From the human T2T-CHM13v2.0 reference genome, Homo sapiens, in NCBI RefSeq assembly GCF_009914755.1, contig NC_060942.1: a stretch of DNA of 64,000 nt; one strand, written 5' to 3'. Both the position numbers and the translations under genes were made by a program. The notes beneath the pieces are model-generated. The model did no database searches and was not told the DNA's origin. It saw only the letters and a list, made by a program, of their open reading frames with translations. Positions 43,625 to 60,300 of the stretch are shown one piece after another (positions within the stretch are counted from its first letter, which is position 1; each line of letters starts with the position of its first letter).

Positions 43625-44102
43625 TTTTAATATCCTGAAGCTCTGCTAGGTGGATGAGTTGTTCCCTTGCTGAGACATTTCCTGCAGATAATGAGCCTGC
43701 TTACTGAGCTTCCCCCATCACCTCTTCCTGGCTCTCCTCTAGCTCTGCTGTCTGTCTGGTTACTCTGTTCATAGATGTTGGCCCCAGAAGCTGAGGCTTG
43801 ATTACACACCCACTGTCTTCTCTTCTACCACATAGGACATTGAGCTATGCCTGTACTGTCTCCCACGACCTGCCATGGAGACTGAGAACCCCTAAGATGT
43901 CCTGCTCCAGTGGATAGTGGTAAATTCAGATCCTAAATCTTCCCAAGTACCCTCATGTCTTTAAAAGTTTGTCAAAAGGAATTCTGTTATGAAATCAAGG
44001 AAAATTAAAAAAAGTGTTTTTAGTGCACAGGTTAGGGTGCATGTGTTAGATTAGACACACATAGACTCAAAATAAAGGGATGGAGGAAGATCTACCAAGC
44101 AA

Positions 44103-44606
44103 ATGGAAAAAAAAAAGGCAGGGGTTGCAATCTTAGTCTCTGATAAAACAGACTTTAAACCAACAAGCATCAAAAGAGACAAAGAAGACCACTACATAAT
44201 GGTAAAGGGATCAATTCAAGAAGAAGAGCTAACTATCCTAAATATATATGCACCCAATACAGGAGCACCCAGATTCATAAAGCAAGTCCTTAGAGACCTA
44301 GAAAGAGACGTAGACTCCCACACAATAATAATGGGAGACTTTAACATCCCACTGTCAACATTAGACAGATCAACGAGACAGAAAGTTAACAACAATATCC
44401 AGGAATTGAACTCAGCTTTGCACCAAGTGGACCTAATAGACATCTACAGAACTCTCCACCCCAAATCAACAAAATATACATTCTTCTCAGCACCACATCG
44501 CACTTATTACAAAATTGACCACATAGTTGGAAGTAAAGCACTCCTCAGCAAGGGTAAAAGAACAGAAATAGTAACAAACTGTCTCTCAGACCACAGTGCA
44601 ATCTAA
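44103..44606 (+). pseudogene. L1 ORF2 endonuclease-domain fragment
   Basis: GVAILVSDK, NIYAPN, MGDFN, KIDHIVGS, LSDHSAI motifs; N-terminus missing, premature stop. Confidence 0.93.
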
Positions 44607-44610
44607 CTAG

Positions 44611-44763
<153 letters not shown>

Positions 44764-44766
44764 TGA

Positions 44767-44940
<174 letters not shown>

Positions 44941-44952
44941 TGAAGGAGATAG

Positions 44953-46560
<1,608 letters not shown>

Positions 46561-46863
46561 TACTGGTACCAAAACAGAGATATAGACCAATGGAACAGAA
46601 CAGAGCCCTCAGAAATAATACAACACACCTACAACCATCTGATCTTTGACAAACCTGACAAAAACAAGAAATGGGGAAGGGATTCCCTATTTAATAAATG
46701 GTTCTGGGAAAACTGGCTAGCCATATGTAGAAAGCTGAAACTGGATCCCTTCCTTACATCTTATACAAAAATTAATTCAAGATGGATTAAAGACTTAAAT
46801 ATTAGACCTAAAACCATAAAAACCCTAGAAGAAAACCTAGGTGATACAATTCAGGACATAGGC

Positions 46864-47709
46864 ATGGGCAAAGACTTCATGTCTAAAACAACAAAAGCAA
46901 TAGCAACAAAAGCCAAAATTGACAAATTGGTTCTAATTAAACTAAAGAGCTTCTGCACAGCAAAAGAAACAACCATCAGAGTGAACAGGCAACCTACAGA
47001 ATGGGAAAAAATTTTTGCAATCTACTCACCTGACAAAGGGCTAATATCCAGAATCTACAAAGAACTCAAACAAATTTACAAGAAAAAAACAAACAACCCC
47101 ATCAACAAGTGGGCGAAGGATATGAACAGACACTTCTCAAAAGAAGACATGTATGCAGCCAACAGACACATGAAAAAATGCTCATCATCACTGGCCATCA
47201 GAGAAATGAAAATCAAAACCACAATGAGATACCATCTCACACCAGTTAGAATGGCAATCATTAAAAAGTTGGGAAACAACAGGTGCTGGAGAGGATGTGG
47301 AGAAATAGGAATGCTTTCACACTGTTGGTGGGACCGTAAACTAGTTCAACCATTGTGGAAGACAGTGTGGCGATTCTTCAAGGATCTAGAACTAAAAATA
47401 CCATTTGACCCAGCCATCCCATTACTGGGTATATACCCAAATGATTATCAATCATGCTGCTATAAAGATGCCTGCATATGTATGTTTACTGCGGCACTAT
47501 TCACAATAGTAAAGACTTGGAATCAATCCAAATGTCCATCAAAGATAGACTCGATTAAGAAAATGTGGTACATATACACCATGGAATACTATACAGCCAT
47601 AAAAAAGGATGAGTTCATGTCCTTTGTAAGGTCATGGATGAAACTGAAACCATTATTCTCAGCAAACTATCGCAAGGACAAAAAACCAAACTCCGCATGT
47701 TCTCACTGA
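46864..47709 (+). pseudogene. L1 ORF2 C-terminal fragment with damaged CCHC knuckle
   Basis: [18 protein letters not shown] (final Cys replaced by Arg); frameshifted at the end. Confidence 0.9.
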
Positions 47710-48065
47710 TAGGTGGGAATTGAACAATGAGAACACCTGGACACAGGAAGGGGAACATCACACACTGGGGCCTGTTGTGGGGTGGGTTGGTGGGGAGGGA
47801 TAGCATTAGGAGATATACCTAATGTAAATGATGAGTTAATGGGTGCAGCACACCAACATGGCACATGTACACATATGTAACAAACCTGCACGTTGTGCAC
47901 ATGTACCCTAGAACTTAAAGTATAATAAAAATAAATAAATAAATAAATAAAATAAAATACAAATACAAAAATTTAAAAAAATGCACACAATTCTACATTG
48001 TTCTTATAATGAGGAAGAGTCCATTTTCCTATTCCTTGAGTATGGGTTACCCTGTGACTTTGTGA

Positions 48066-48521
<456 letters not shown>

Positions 48522-48594
48522 TAAAAAAAAAGCTTCATTGAGATATAATTCACATAACATACAATTTACCCATTTAAAAAGTACAATTTGATGC

Positions 48595-48730
48595 TCTTGC
48601 CAGACACTAAATCTGCTGGGATCTTGATCTTGGATTTCTCAGCCTCCAGAACTGTAAGAAATAAACTCCTGTCCTTTATAAGTTACCCAGTCTAAGGTAT
48701 TTTGTTATAGCAGCATGTACAGACTAAGAT
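48595..48730 (+). mobile_element. MaLR (MST/MLT1A) 3' fragment next to an L1M 3' fragment
   Basis: CTTGATCTTGGATTTCTCAGCCTCCAGAACTGTAAGAAATAAA...AGACTAAGA. Confidence 0.75.
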
Positions 48731-50382
48731 ATGAGCCTATAGTTTAACTTTTTGCTTAGCAGGAATATTTTTCTCAAGAGCACCTTTAGCTTGAACTTCC
48801 CCACATTCTGTTTCAAATAAAGTTGGTTCTTCTGGAGAATATTTTGGAGCTCTCTGTTTTCACATACTGCCTCTTTCCACTTGTCAAAATCTCTGACCTG
48901 CTATCCAGGGAGCTGAGTAGGAGCAGTAGCCTCTGGTCTTCTTGGCTTCTCTCTCTCAGCATGGAACCACTGCCTTAGGAGTGAGCTGGGGCAAAGGTGA
49001 CCAGCTCCAAGTATTCATGGGCTTCTGTACCTGAGGTAGAGGCTCCATCCCATGAATGGGAGCTTGACAGAGGAAGGAATAAGGTATATTAACCTCTTGG
49101 TTGCACTCATCAGAAATTTAGCCATTCAACTTGTAGTTGGAGAGGATGAGAAACGCTGATGGCCAGTCCCTCCTTGTGAGTTATGGCAACCTCTGATTGA
49201 ATAAGAAGATGGAGCTCCAACTTCTTGGCCATACCCACCTTGGAGTGGAACTTCCATTAAGCTGAGCTACAGTAGGGTGAGGGAGGGGTTGGGGTGTGGT
49301 TCAAATGCCATGAACTCTTATTCTTCTTAGTGACTTCAATAGATTTTCTTGAGTAAATGTTTCTTCATTTGTTGTGTGCCCTTTTGACAATTTCCAGAAA
49401 CTCTGAATGGTTTGTTTAAATAAATTCCACCAGTTTTTCTTTTTTCACTGGGGACTGCATCCATGGAGTTCCTCATGCTACCGTATGGGAAGGGGACCAA
49501 GTTATAAACTCTTAAACTCCCAGTAGAGACCATAGTCTTGAAAGTCTGGACTTTTAAGAACTGGAACCTATAAGAGAGAAATGGCTTGTATTTTCCTTTT
49601 TGGTCCAAAACCTTGGGTTTGAAAAGCAAGTGCTGAGGAATCTTGAGGACTGCTGGCTATCTTTCAGTACATCTCTGTTTTCATTTCCTTTAGACTTACT
49701 ACTGTGCAGTGAAAATTTGTGTGCGTGTGTGTGTTTAACACATTGTACCTTGAATGTAATTATTTATACATGTCTCAATTCCTTCCTTAATTTGTAAATT
49801 TTGGGGGGGCAAAGGCCATGATTTTGTTTGGTTTTGTAACCCTTAGAACTCTCTATAAGTGCTTATAGAATGAATTATATACCCGAATAAATGATGCAAA
49901 TAAACATATCACAAAATGACATTCTGGTTGCTCCTATGTCCTACCATCATCTCAACTTTGGGCAACCCACCCTCACTGAAATTCACCATTCTATCTGAGT
50001 TTCCATATGTGACTAATGCCTTTTTACTGTTCTGATCATTTACACATTTTTTGCAAACAGTCCTAAATGACATCTTTATACTCCAGGCTCTTTTCCTTCT
50101 CAGGGCTTTAGCAATTGCTGATCCCTGTGCCCAGGATGCTCTTACCCCAGAGCATGGAATGGCCAGCTCCTTCTCATTACTTATAACAGTATAAATGTCT
50201 AAAATTATTTTTTGTCTGTTAGTTTACTGTCTTTTTCCATACTAAAGCATCATACTAGCAAGGACCTTGACTTGTACACAGCTGAATCCCCAGGTTCTCT
50301 AAAAATGTAAGTAGTAAGAATTTATAAATATATGCTTTTTAGTGAATTTAGTGAGTTTTCTCAAGGAGAAGCAAACTTTTAA

Positions 50383-50698
<316 letters not shown>

Positions 50699-50727
50699 TG
50701 AAAACCTTTAATTTAAAACTTAGAATT

Positions 50728-51016
50728 TTTTTTTTTAAACAGAATCTCACTGTGTCACCCAGCCTGGAGTACAGTGGCATGAATGTGGCTCACTGTAGCC
50801 TTGACTTCTGGTACTCAAGTGATACTCCCACCTCAGCCTCCCAAGTAGCTGGGGCCATAGGTGCACACCACCAGACTTGGCTAATTTTAAAATTTTTGTA
50901 GAGATGGGGGTCTCACTTTGTTGCCCAGGCTGGTCTTAAACTCCTGGCTTAAGTAATCCTCCCACCTTAGCCTCCCAAACTGCTGAGATTATAGGCATGA
51001 ATCACCGCACCCAGTC
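50728..51016 (-). mobile_element. AluJ
   Basis: Full dimer; TSD TAAAACTTAGAATT at 50714-50727 and 51017-51030. Confidence 0.9.
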
Positions 51017-52056
51017 TAAAACTTAGAATTGATATTTAACCAAGTCAAGTCATCCAGTCATGGAATTATCATACTGTCATATGTGGTATTGATAGTTTTG
51101 CTCCATTTCTCCATGTGTCCATTCTTTTAATACCGCCGCATGAATCCCAGGATGCTGTTCTTGCCCCAGTATAGACAGCCAGACATGAGCTACCTACTTT
51201 GGTGAAAAAAAAAAAAAAGAGGTCTCTATAATGTCTGAGACTATGGTGGTGAATTCTTGACTTCTAAGGCTAAAATCACCATTCATATGTAAGGTCAGAA
51301 AGATTTAAATGGGGACAACATCTGGAATAATCCATTTTTCTTTGAAATCCCTTCAAAACTCTAGACTAAGGCATAGGGAGGAGAGTTAGAGGAGAATCCG
51401 AAGAGTTTACAAGGGCTGCACTTACATTGTCCCCCTTTCAGCTTAGTCTTGAAGGTGCAGCAATGTATAAAGATATCTGGCCTTTCTAGGGTTGATAATT
51501 CCACAGTGGAAGTGTGTCACCTGTACCTCTGAGTGTCAACAGCCTTTCCAGTGTCTCCTGAGCACAGTGGTATAGGATAATAGAATAGAGATGGGCTCAG
51601 GAAGTTAGCCAAGAAAGGCCCCAAAGAGAGAGGACTTGAAGAAGCCTGGGGCTTCAGGTCTGACGGCTGCTGGTGCAAGTGGGTATGAGGACCACAGCCG
51701 TAGCAGGACCTCAGGCACTTCAATGGGGACAGTGAGGACAGGAGCCAATGACTCAGAGGGTGTCACTGTGGAAGAGGTCACACTTGAGGCCCAGCTAAGA
51801 CAGGCTACCCTTCAAGGGATGCTAGAACTGGAGTGAGATAGATCAAGAGGGAGAAGCAAATACAAAGAGCTGCCCCTGAAGGCCACAGTACACCTCCCTG
51901 AAACTCACTTGTCACGTAGGGGGAAAAAGTGGGGATAGGAGAGAATCTTAAAATAATCTCAAATTATTGAGATTACTGACACCCAGTTTTAAAACTGAAA
52001 ATGATGATACTCAGTTGTTACCGACCAAGTAAAGGGGGCTTTAATATAACTTTTCT

Positions 52057-52368
52057 TTTCTTTTCTTTCTTTTCTTTTTTTTTTTTGAGACAGAGTCTCG
52101 CTCTGTTGCCCAGGCTGGAGTGCAGTGGTGCGATCTCAGCTCACTGAAGCCTCCGCCTCCCTAGTTCAAGTGATTCTGGTGCCTCAGCCTCCCAAGTAGC
52201 TGGGATTACAGGTGCCTGCCACCATGCCCAGCTAATTTTTGTATTTTTAGTAGAGACAGGGTTTCACTGTGTTGGCCAGGCTGGTCTCGAACTGCTGGCC
52301 TCAAGTGATCTGCCTGCCTCAGCCTCCCAAAGGGCTGGGATTACAGGTGTGAGCCACCGTGCCCTGCC
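52057..52368 (-). mobile_element. AluS
   Basis: Full dimer; TSD AACTTTTCT at 52048-52056 and 52369-52377. Confidence 0.92.
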
Positions 52369-52469
52369 AACTTTTCTAAATTATAGGAAAGTAAAGTTAC
52401 GTTTTTGCTCCCCGGAGGCCATGATTGCAAAATTTATACTTGCCACAGAACATGAGAGGCCACAACTTG

Positions 52470-52600
52470 GTTTTTACAGATGAGAAAACTGAGGCCCAGG
52501 GAGTAAGATGGGTGGTTCAAGGTGGCACTACTATGTGTGGGTACGGCCAGGAGGACAGCCTGGATCTCCCGGTTCTGGTTCCAGGCTGCTCAGCATCACA
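52470..52600 (-). mobile_element. MIR fragment
   Basis: TTTTACAGATGAGAAAACTGAGGCCCAG core. Confidence 0.7.
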
Positions 52601-55293
52601 CGGTGCTGCCTTCCTGCATCTATCAAGCTTATGCAGAAAGTATTGAGGCTCACTGATATGTCAAGTATAAGAAAATGTCTCCCTAGCATTTAAAAAAAAA
52701 TAGAGCGTTCAGTTAAACTTAGGAGCCAAAATTTAAAAGCTCTTGACTGTTTCATGACAGTTAAGTAGCATGGGACATAAAATCAAAATGAGCATCTTTT
52801 GCTAAGGAATGTTCTCTTCCTTTCTATCTTTTTCTCCTCTCCTTCCCTCTCTTTAATTATTCCTGACACTTTTCTTAGCATAAAATTCCTCATAGCTGGT
52901 TGTAGCATCTACAAGGAAAAGCGAGGCAATCAGAACAGTCAGCTGGGGTGGAAGAGAGTGGTAATTTGAGAAACGGCTTATTTTGACAGGAGCACTTAGG
53001 CAGCAGAAGGGGAGATGGACTGAGGAGGAGGGAAAAGGCAGCCCACATTTCTACCCTCTGATTATGACATCTCTAGGGAACAGAGCCGTTCTTCTGAGGC
53101 ATACCCTTCCACAGATGCAAAAGATGGAGAAGGTAGGGAGTGACTCAGAGAGCCGGTGTCTGGCCCCATTATCCAGCTGCTTCTGACTCAGATCTGAGAT
53201 GAGACAACTCATTCCTACCCAGACAGCTTGCAGTGTTTTTGCTAGGGCTGACCAAATTCTCAGTCATTCATCATATGTCTTTCTGTTTGTGCTTCATTTA
53301 AGAATGAGTTCTACCTCTCTCCATCAAGAAAAAAATTGAACAGGATCCCTGAGGTTCTTCAGCACTCATGACTTGGAGCTGCTGTTGGTTTCCCCCAACA
53401 CCAGTCTGTAGGCAATAACTTGAACTCACAAACTGGAAGCCTCACCTGAGGCTGGGTTTACTCATGCAGCCTGGTGGCTTCTAAGGGCAGGAAAAACTGA
53501 GGAGAGACTATGCGGTGCAGCAGATGACAGTTTGGATTTGGCAGACCTGTATTCAAGTTGGGCACTGTCATCTCTTAGCTCTGTGATGTCAGCCATGTTG
53601 CTTATCATCTCTGAGAACTACTACCCATTTTCTATAAAATAGTTTCTTTTATAAAAATGAAATTGATAGTAAATATAAAGATGTACTTAACTGATACAAA
53701 ATAAACACATAGGAAATGTTATCTGGCATTGCTTCTGTAGCAATTACACCCTCCCCACTCATAAGGGCTACCTGGTATGCTAAGAGTGCATACCTTTAAT
53801 GATGGCCTACCTAGTTCACCTGTTACACCCCTACAGATGTCAAACACTGCACATTTACAGCTTTAACTGGATCCAAGGACAGTGTCTTATTCACCTCTGG
53901 ATTCCTAGTGCCAGATGGAGCAAATAATTTAATAAATAAGAAAGAGAACCAACCGTGTCATGAAAGACTTCTTAAATTTCTATTTCTTATTATCTCACCT
54001 GAAGGAAACAAGGCTGTCTAGGAATTATAAAGAGATGGTTTGTGGTGTGTGTCAGCCTGTGTTTATGGAATTTCAAATGGAAAATTTACATATGTTTATT
54101 TTTCCATGGAAAAGGGAGAAATAAAGCAATGCTATGCTTTGGTTTAAACTATGTAATCAAGAAAATGCTATAATGACCAGGACCTAAGCAGAGAGAGGAT
54201 TCTTGATTTCTAACGCTAGTTAAACTAGATCTCCCCAGATATTGGCAGAGCCAATGGCAATCAGACTCTGCTTTTCATGCGTCTTTGGAAGAACAGGCTG
54301 ATTAGAGCTAAGACCCTGTATTTGATATCACAGCACAACTGGAGATGGGAAAATGAAGATCTAGGAACAGAGAACAGAGAGGGAGAGAGCTGATCCCCAG
54401 CAAAGGGTGAGGAACTATTTAGGTGCTTGATGAACCTGTGAGGCTTCACTTGACTTTATTGACTTCCTTTGTGAGAACAAGTCAAGAAGACAAAACCGGG
54501 GGCCCAGCAGCATCAAGAACTGATCCAAGAGGCATCTTCAAGATCACATCTGTCACAGCCACATCCGTGCTGAGGGACCGTATGGATGCTGAGAGTGTAC
54601 CCTTCCCTGTGAACAGGGCTGTGAGGTTGGAAGGATGGGTGGTTGGGTGTCACTGCTTCTGCTTTTTTGCCCCATCACTTGGGCCTCTTTTCCTGTTTTT
54701 TTAAGGGCCTACTGTTAAGGAGGTGCCATATGAACAGTGTTGAGGATGATTTTTAGTCAGTGCTTGTCCCTTGCTCCATTTTCACTAGTGAATTTAGGAG
54801 CTGTTCAGTAACATTTCAAGAGAGGTTCGCGGATTGCCTTGTCTTTTAGAGAAGATGCTGCTGTAGGTAGAAGTTTGACCCTGATGGGTTCTAAATCCCT
54901 TTGAAGCCTTAGAAGTTATGATCCTAAAAAATAATTGGCCAACAGCTGGGTGATTTGGACTGCAAGTTCACCCATGGCCAAGACACATAGATCATTTTGT
55001 TGGAAATATAGGGCTGTTGGAAGAGTGGTTATATTAAGAGTTGCCTCAGTTATCCACTTTGCTTTGGGTCAACAAGACTTAAATATGGAACCATTATTTT
55101 GAATGTAATTCCTTAAAGCCTAGTCCAACAACGTAAGTTTCCCCCTGCCTTCCAGATTTAGTTATTTGTATGACATTGAAAAGTCATTTCTCTCTCTGAG
55201 CCTTAGCTCACCATCAGTTAGGTGAAAAAGTTTTACCCATGTGATTTCTATGGTACCTTCTAAGTTTCACATAGCTTGACTGTCTAAAATCTT

Positions 55294-55578
55294 TTTTTTT
55301 TTTTTTTTTTTTGAGATGGAGTCGTGCTCTGTGACCCAGGCTGGAGTGCAGTGGCGCGATCTTGGCTCTCTTGGGTTCAAGTGATTCTCCTGCCTCAGCC
55401 TCCCAAGTAGCTAGAATTACAGGTGCATGCCACCGTGCCTGGCTAATTTTTGTATTTTTAGTAGAAATGGAGTTTCACCATGTTGGCCAGGCTGGTCTCG
55501 AGCTCCTGACCTCAAGTGATCTGCCCACCTCAGCCTCCCAAAGTGCTGGGATTACAGACATGGGCTGCTGTGACTGGC
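55294..55578 (-). mobile_element. AluS with small right-arm deletion
   Basis: TSD CTAAAATCTT at 55284-55293 and 55578-55587. Confidence 0.9.
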
Positions 55579-56003
55579 TAAAATCTTATTGTGTGGGATT
55601 AGAATTTAGTTTAGCCTTTCTGGAGGGAAATTTAAAATTTAAATGTTAATGCTGTTTGGCTAAGTGATCCAATTTCTAGGAATTTTATCTTACAAAACTG
55701 CCAAGACACCCCCCACCCCACCCCACATCATAACATTGTTTCAAAAGCAACAAGTAGAAACAAATTAATAAGAAGGGAGAGGGGCTAGATCTGGAAGGAC
55801 ACACAGCATACTTCCAACACTGGGAAATAACTTGGATTGCATTGAGAGTGGAGTGGGGTGAAGGGAGATTTCATTTGTCTGTAATCTGGGTTTTCCATGG
55901 GAATATTTATGTGTTACTTGTGTGACTATATGAAAAAAACCCACCCAGCTTATTAAGTCAGATATTGTATTTGGTGGTTGGAGTAGCCTCTTCAATGATT
56001 AGT

Positions 56004-56676
56004 TATACCAGTCAGGGTGCAGTCAAGAGACAAAGATCACACCAGTAATTTGAACAAAGAAAATTTAACATGTTAATAACTAGCAACTAATAACAGTGGA
56101 TTAACTACTTAGGGAGTAAAGAGAACTCTAAAGAATACAGGACTAGCAGATACAGGGAGTAGCCACGACTTATAGGGCTGAAGCAGTATACCCAAGAACA
56201 GAACAAACTTGAAAGAGGATCTGCCTCCTGATGTCTGAGATTAGATTTCGAAGCTGTGGCTGTGGTCCCCTGGATGGTAGAGAAGTTCTCTGAGGTGTGA
56301 CGGGCTAGGATGGCAAGCAGGAAACTGCCCACAGAAGTGCCAGTGAGATGCACTGGAAGACCATCCACGGCACTGGTGAAACTCAAAGGGCAGCCAACCG
56401 CTGTGCAAACATTGTGACTTGCTGGAGGGTGAGCAGCACTGGGAATCACGCGTGCCACTGGTATCTAAATACCACAGGTATCTACATACCACAGGAACAG
56501 GGGAAAAGGCACACGAGAGCCTGTCCTCCTCTGGTGTCCCCCTAGTGCTCTCTATTGGCAAAGCTTAACATTGTGTCAGCTGGCAATGGAGAAAGTTCAC
56601 AGGGTTCAGCTCTGTATCACAAAGCAGGGCAAGGAAGGGTAGATTTGGAGAGAGGTCATAATTGTTCAAAGGCACA
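56004..56676 (-). mobile_element. 3' LTR of the ERV-L provirus (LTR41/LTR78-like; family uncertain)
   Basis: TATACCAGTCAGGGTGCAGTCAAGAGACA...GGCACA termini on the + strand. Confidence 0.65.
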
Positions 56677-57362
56677 GGTCGCTCATTTAGCTAATCAGCT
56701 TCCATATGCATCCTCCTATACATGTTTGAACTTCTGGACAACAATTAAACAACTCTATATTTCCAATGAACAAGCAGCAGCTAACCTTTGAATAAGTGAA
56801 AAAGTTCTCACTTTCTCCAAAATGAGGACATATGCAGTCCCAGTCATTGTATCCTTGCTGGCTATATTATTTATTTTTTAAATTCAGTCACAGTTCCACT
56901 GAATATTCTGTTACCTAAAGACTAAATTATAAAGTTAACATCCAAGAACTTGCATATAAATGGATAATAGGTAGGAGGAAGAAGAACAAAATGGTTATAA
57001 CATGCAAATTAATATGTACATATAATAGGCAAATAAAAAAATATGCAGCTGTAATATAGCCCTCATTTCTATAATTGGCCACAAGGTCAAGGTGATGATT
57101 TTATTCTACCACTACCCATTCTATAGTTCCCTTATTTCAGCGTGCAACTTGGCTGATAATTATTGTTTATATGGTGAAGTAACCAAAAACTTTGTTTTTC
57201 AAAGGTCTGAGTCCTCAGTAGTTCTGTCTTTTAAAGAAATTTTTGGCTGCTGTAGCCATTTTTTATTGAACATGAAAGAACTAAAAGACATCCTAGAGTA
57301 CCCACTGAGTTTCAGATAGAGCTCTCCTTGGCCCCATTTTGTAGTAGCAATCCGATTTTCTT

Positions 57363-60300
57363 TTAGTAATCAGAATCAATTATTCCAGCCATTTTTCTGC
57401 TTTCTGATTCAGTGTATAAGGAGCCCAAGGGGCTAGAGGGTAGTTTCATCTGCCAATTTGATGGAGCCATTGCTGTGTCCCTAGCAGGAGCATTTCCCCT
57501 TGGGGAATAAGATTGCCAACTAGCAGAGCTTAAGGTTGCCAAGATGGGAAGCAAATTTTTGAGAGTACATTACCGGGTATAATATTGAGAGGAACCAATC
57601 TCATTTCCACTTTTTTATTTCTGGACTCATGTGTTCTGGTTATGGAAACAGCACTACATAATTGTTATCAATTGAAAGCATATACTGCATTCTATAAGAC
57701 AAAACTAAAATTTTTAGAATTATCTCCAAATTGATATCATTATCAAAGCTTCAGGGAGCCCTCCGACTTTTCAATCAGGCCAGCTGCTTATGAGTGATGA
57801 GGTATGTAATAAAAGCAGTTTATTACATAGGCATGAACCAATGCTGAATATGTTCTTTGCTGTGAAATTAGTTCCTTGATCAGAAGCAATAGTGATGCTG
57901 CATGTAATGCCATGACGATGGGTAAGGAATGCTGTGAGTCCACAGATGGTGGTGCTAGCAGAAGCATTTGATGCAGAGAAGGCATATCCATATTTGGATA
58001 TGTATCTATTTCAGTGAGAACAAATCTCTTCCCTCTCCATGATAGAAAATATCCAATGTAATCAACACCTGTGACCAGCTGGCTGGTTAGCCCAACCAAA
58101 AAAATTTGCCATTTTGGGGCTCAATGTCAGTCTCTGCTATCTGCAGAGTAGGCAATCAGCAGTGGCATTATTCAGGTCAGCTTTGGAGAAGGAGAGGCCA
58201 TATTTTGGCCCACACATAACCTCTATCTTGATACCATGTCCAATTTAGTTACAGGAATATTGAGCAAGTACTTGGATGGCTGAGGAAAGAGGCTGATTGA
58301 TATCCATGGAGAATATAATTTTGTTCACCTGGTTATTAATAGCCTCCTTTGTATGATATGCATTTGATAAGCATTCACTTGGGACACAAATATCTTCATA
58401 ATTTGCACCCATTTTGAGAGATTTGTCACATACCTTTTCCAAAGACATCCTTGTCACCAACTTTTCAATACAGTTCCTTCCACATCCCTGATGATCCAGT
58501 CAAATAAGTAGCAAACGTCCACAAATAACTGTAGACCCATGCTTTTAGCCCCCTCTCAACCCAATGTACTACTTGAAGTTTTGCCCACTGAGATGTTTTT
58601 CCTTCAGGTGTCCTTTGGAATCACCTCTATGTGGGGCTGTTAGGTGGCACAACTGTCCACTTTCAGGTGGTACCAGCATATCATGCAGACCCTATTGTAA
58701 ACCAGGCTTGAGGTTTTTCTTTATCAGTTAACTGCAGATGGGAAAATTCCCAGAAGGGGACTGAAGGTATGGACTGGAAAGGACGCAATGCAGTAGTATT
58801 GAAGGAGTCTGAGCCACCTGCTTATTCAAATTATTCATTCCTTGTGGATCTGCCTAAGCTTGGTCTCTTATATACCATTTCCACTTGGTGGCAAATGCTG
58901 CTACATACATCCATCCTAATGACTAGGTGGGTCATAAAATACTCAGTACATGATAAAAAGCTTGGGGTGCATGGTCACCTGAGGTCCCACATTTGGATTT
59001 TCAGTCCCTCCAAGGACCAATGGCAATACAGAAGCTGTTTCTTAAACAGAAGAGTTATCTATAGAGGAGGGCATAGGTTTCCTCCAAAATCCTAAAAATC
59101 TGCTCTGCAATTTTCCTTTGGTAGCTGCTAGAGTTTTCATATAGCTTTCTTATTTGTCATCCACACTTTGAGTTATTATTGTATCTGTTGGATAATGAGA
59201 TCCAAGTGGTACAGCAGCTTTCACAGGAGCTGGATTTGCTGCAGAGTCTTCTCTTTTTATGGTCCTTTCTTAAAACAGAGGCTTCACTTTTTATTTTCCC
59301 CTCTTAAAGCTGGCAGCCTTATGGGTCACTGGCAGCCTATGAGTCACAGATGGGTTAAAGTAACACACTCAAAGTGGTCTAGGTTGTCTCCAGATTCCAA
59401 AAAGACCTACCAACTGTTGTGCATCTTTACTTGCAGTAGTTGTTTAGAGATGTAACAACTCATCTTTCACCTCGGAAGTAACGCCTCAACATTATCCAGA
59501 CCATTGAACCACCAGAAACGTCACTAAGATGGCAGATGTGAAATTTTTGTGTGTTTTTTTTCTCACGCCTTCTAGTTTGCATATTTCTTACTAAGGCATC
59601 TAGTGCACTTTCTAGTTCCAATTCATCAGCTCCAATCAGTATAATTTTATCAATGTAGTAGAAGAATGTGATGTTTTTCAGAGTGTCAAGATGATAAAGA
59701 TTTCTGTAACTATATTGTAGCAGATGGCAGGAAAGTTGACATAGTCCCAAGATAAGACTGTGTGGGTGTACTACTGGCCCTGCTAGGTATAAGCAAATTG
59801 GTTCTGCTGGTTCTTACAAATTGATATGAGGGGGAAAAGCATTATTTAAGTCAACAGCTGCATACCAAGTGCCAGGGGCTGTGTTGCTCAAATACAGATC
59901 TGGAATAGCAACACAATTAGAATGACCATTTGATTAAGTTTATAATAATCCATAGCCATTCTCTAACATTTACCCATATTCTGTACAGGCCAAACAGGTG
60001 AGTTAAGTGGGAATGTGATGGATATCACAAACTCTGTATCATTTTGTCCATTAATAGTGGCTGTGATTTCTGCAATTCCCTGCCCCTCCACCCCCAGGGA
60101 TGCAGTATTGCTTCTGGTTTACTATCTTGGTGAAGAGGGAACTTTCTATGGACTTCTACTTAGTCCCTCCTACCATAATGGCCCTTACCTATGGGTCAGA
60201 GAAAGAACTTGGGGATTCTGAGAGTGACAAGTATATCAATTCCAAATATACATCCAAGAGGTGAGGAAAAAACAATTGAGGGAAAGGGAGCATAGACCAG

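Noticed and set aside
44032-44037. TTAGGG near the L1 5' junction as telomeric capture
   Set aside because: A single hexamer is expected by chance
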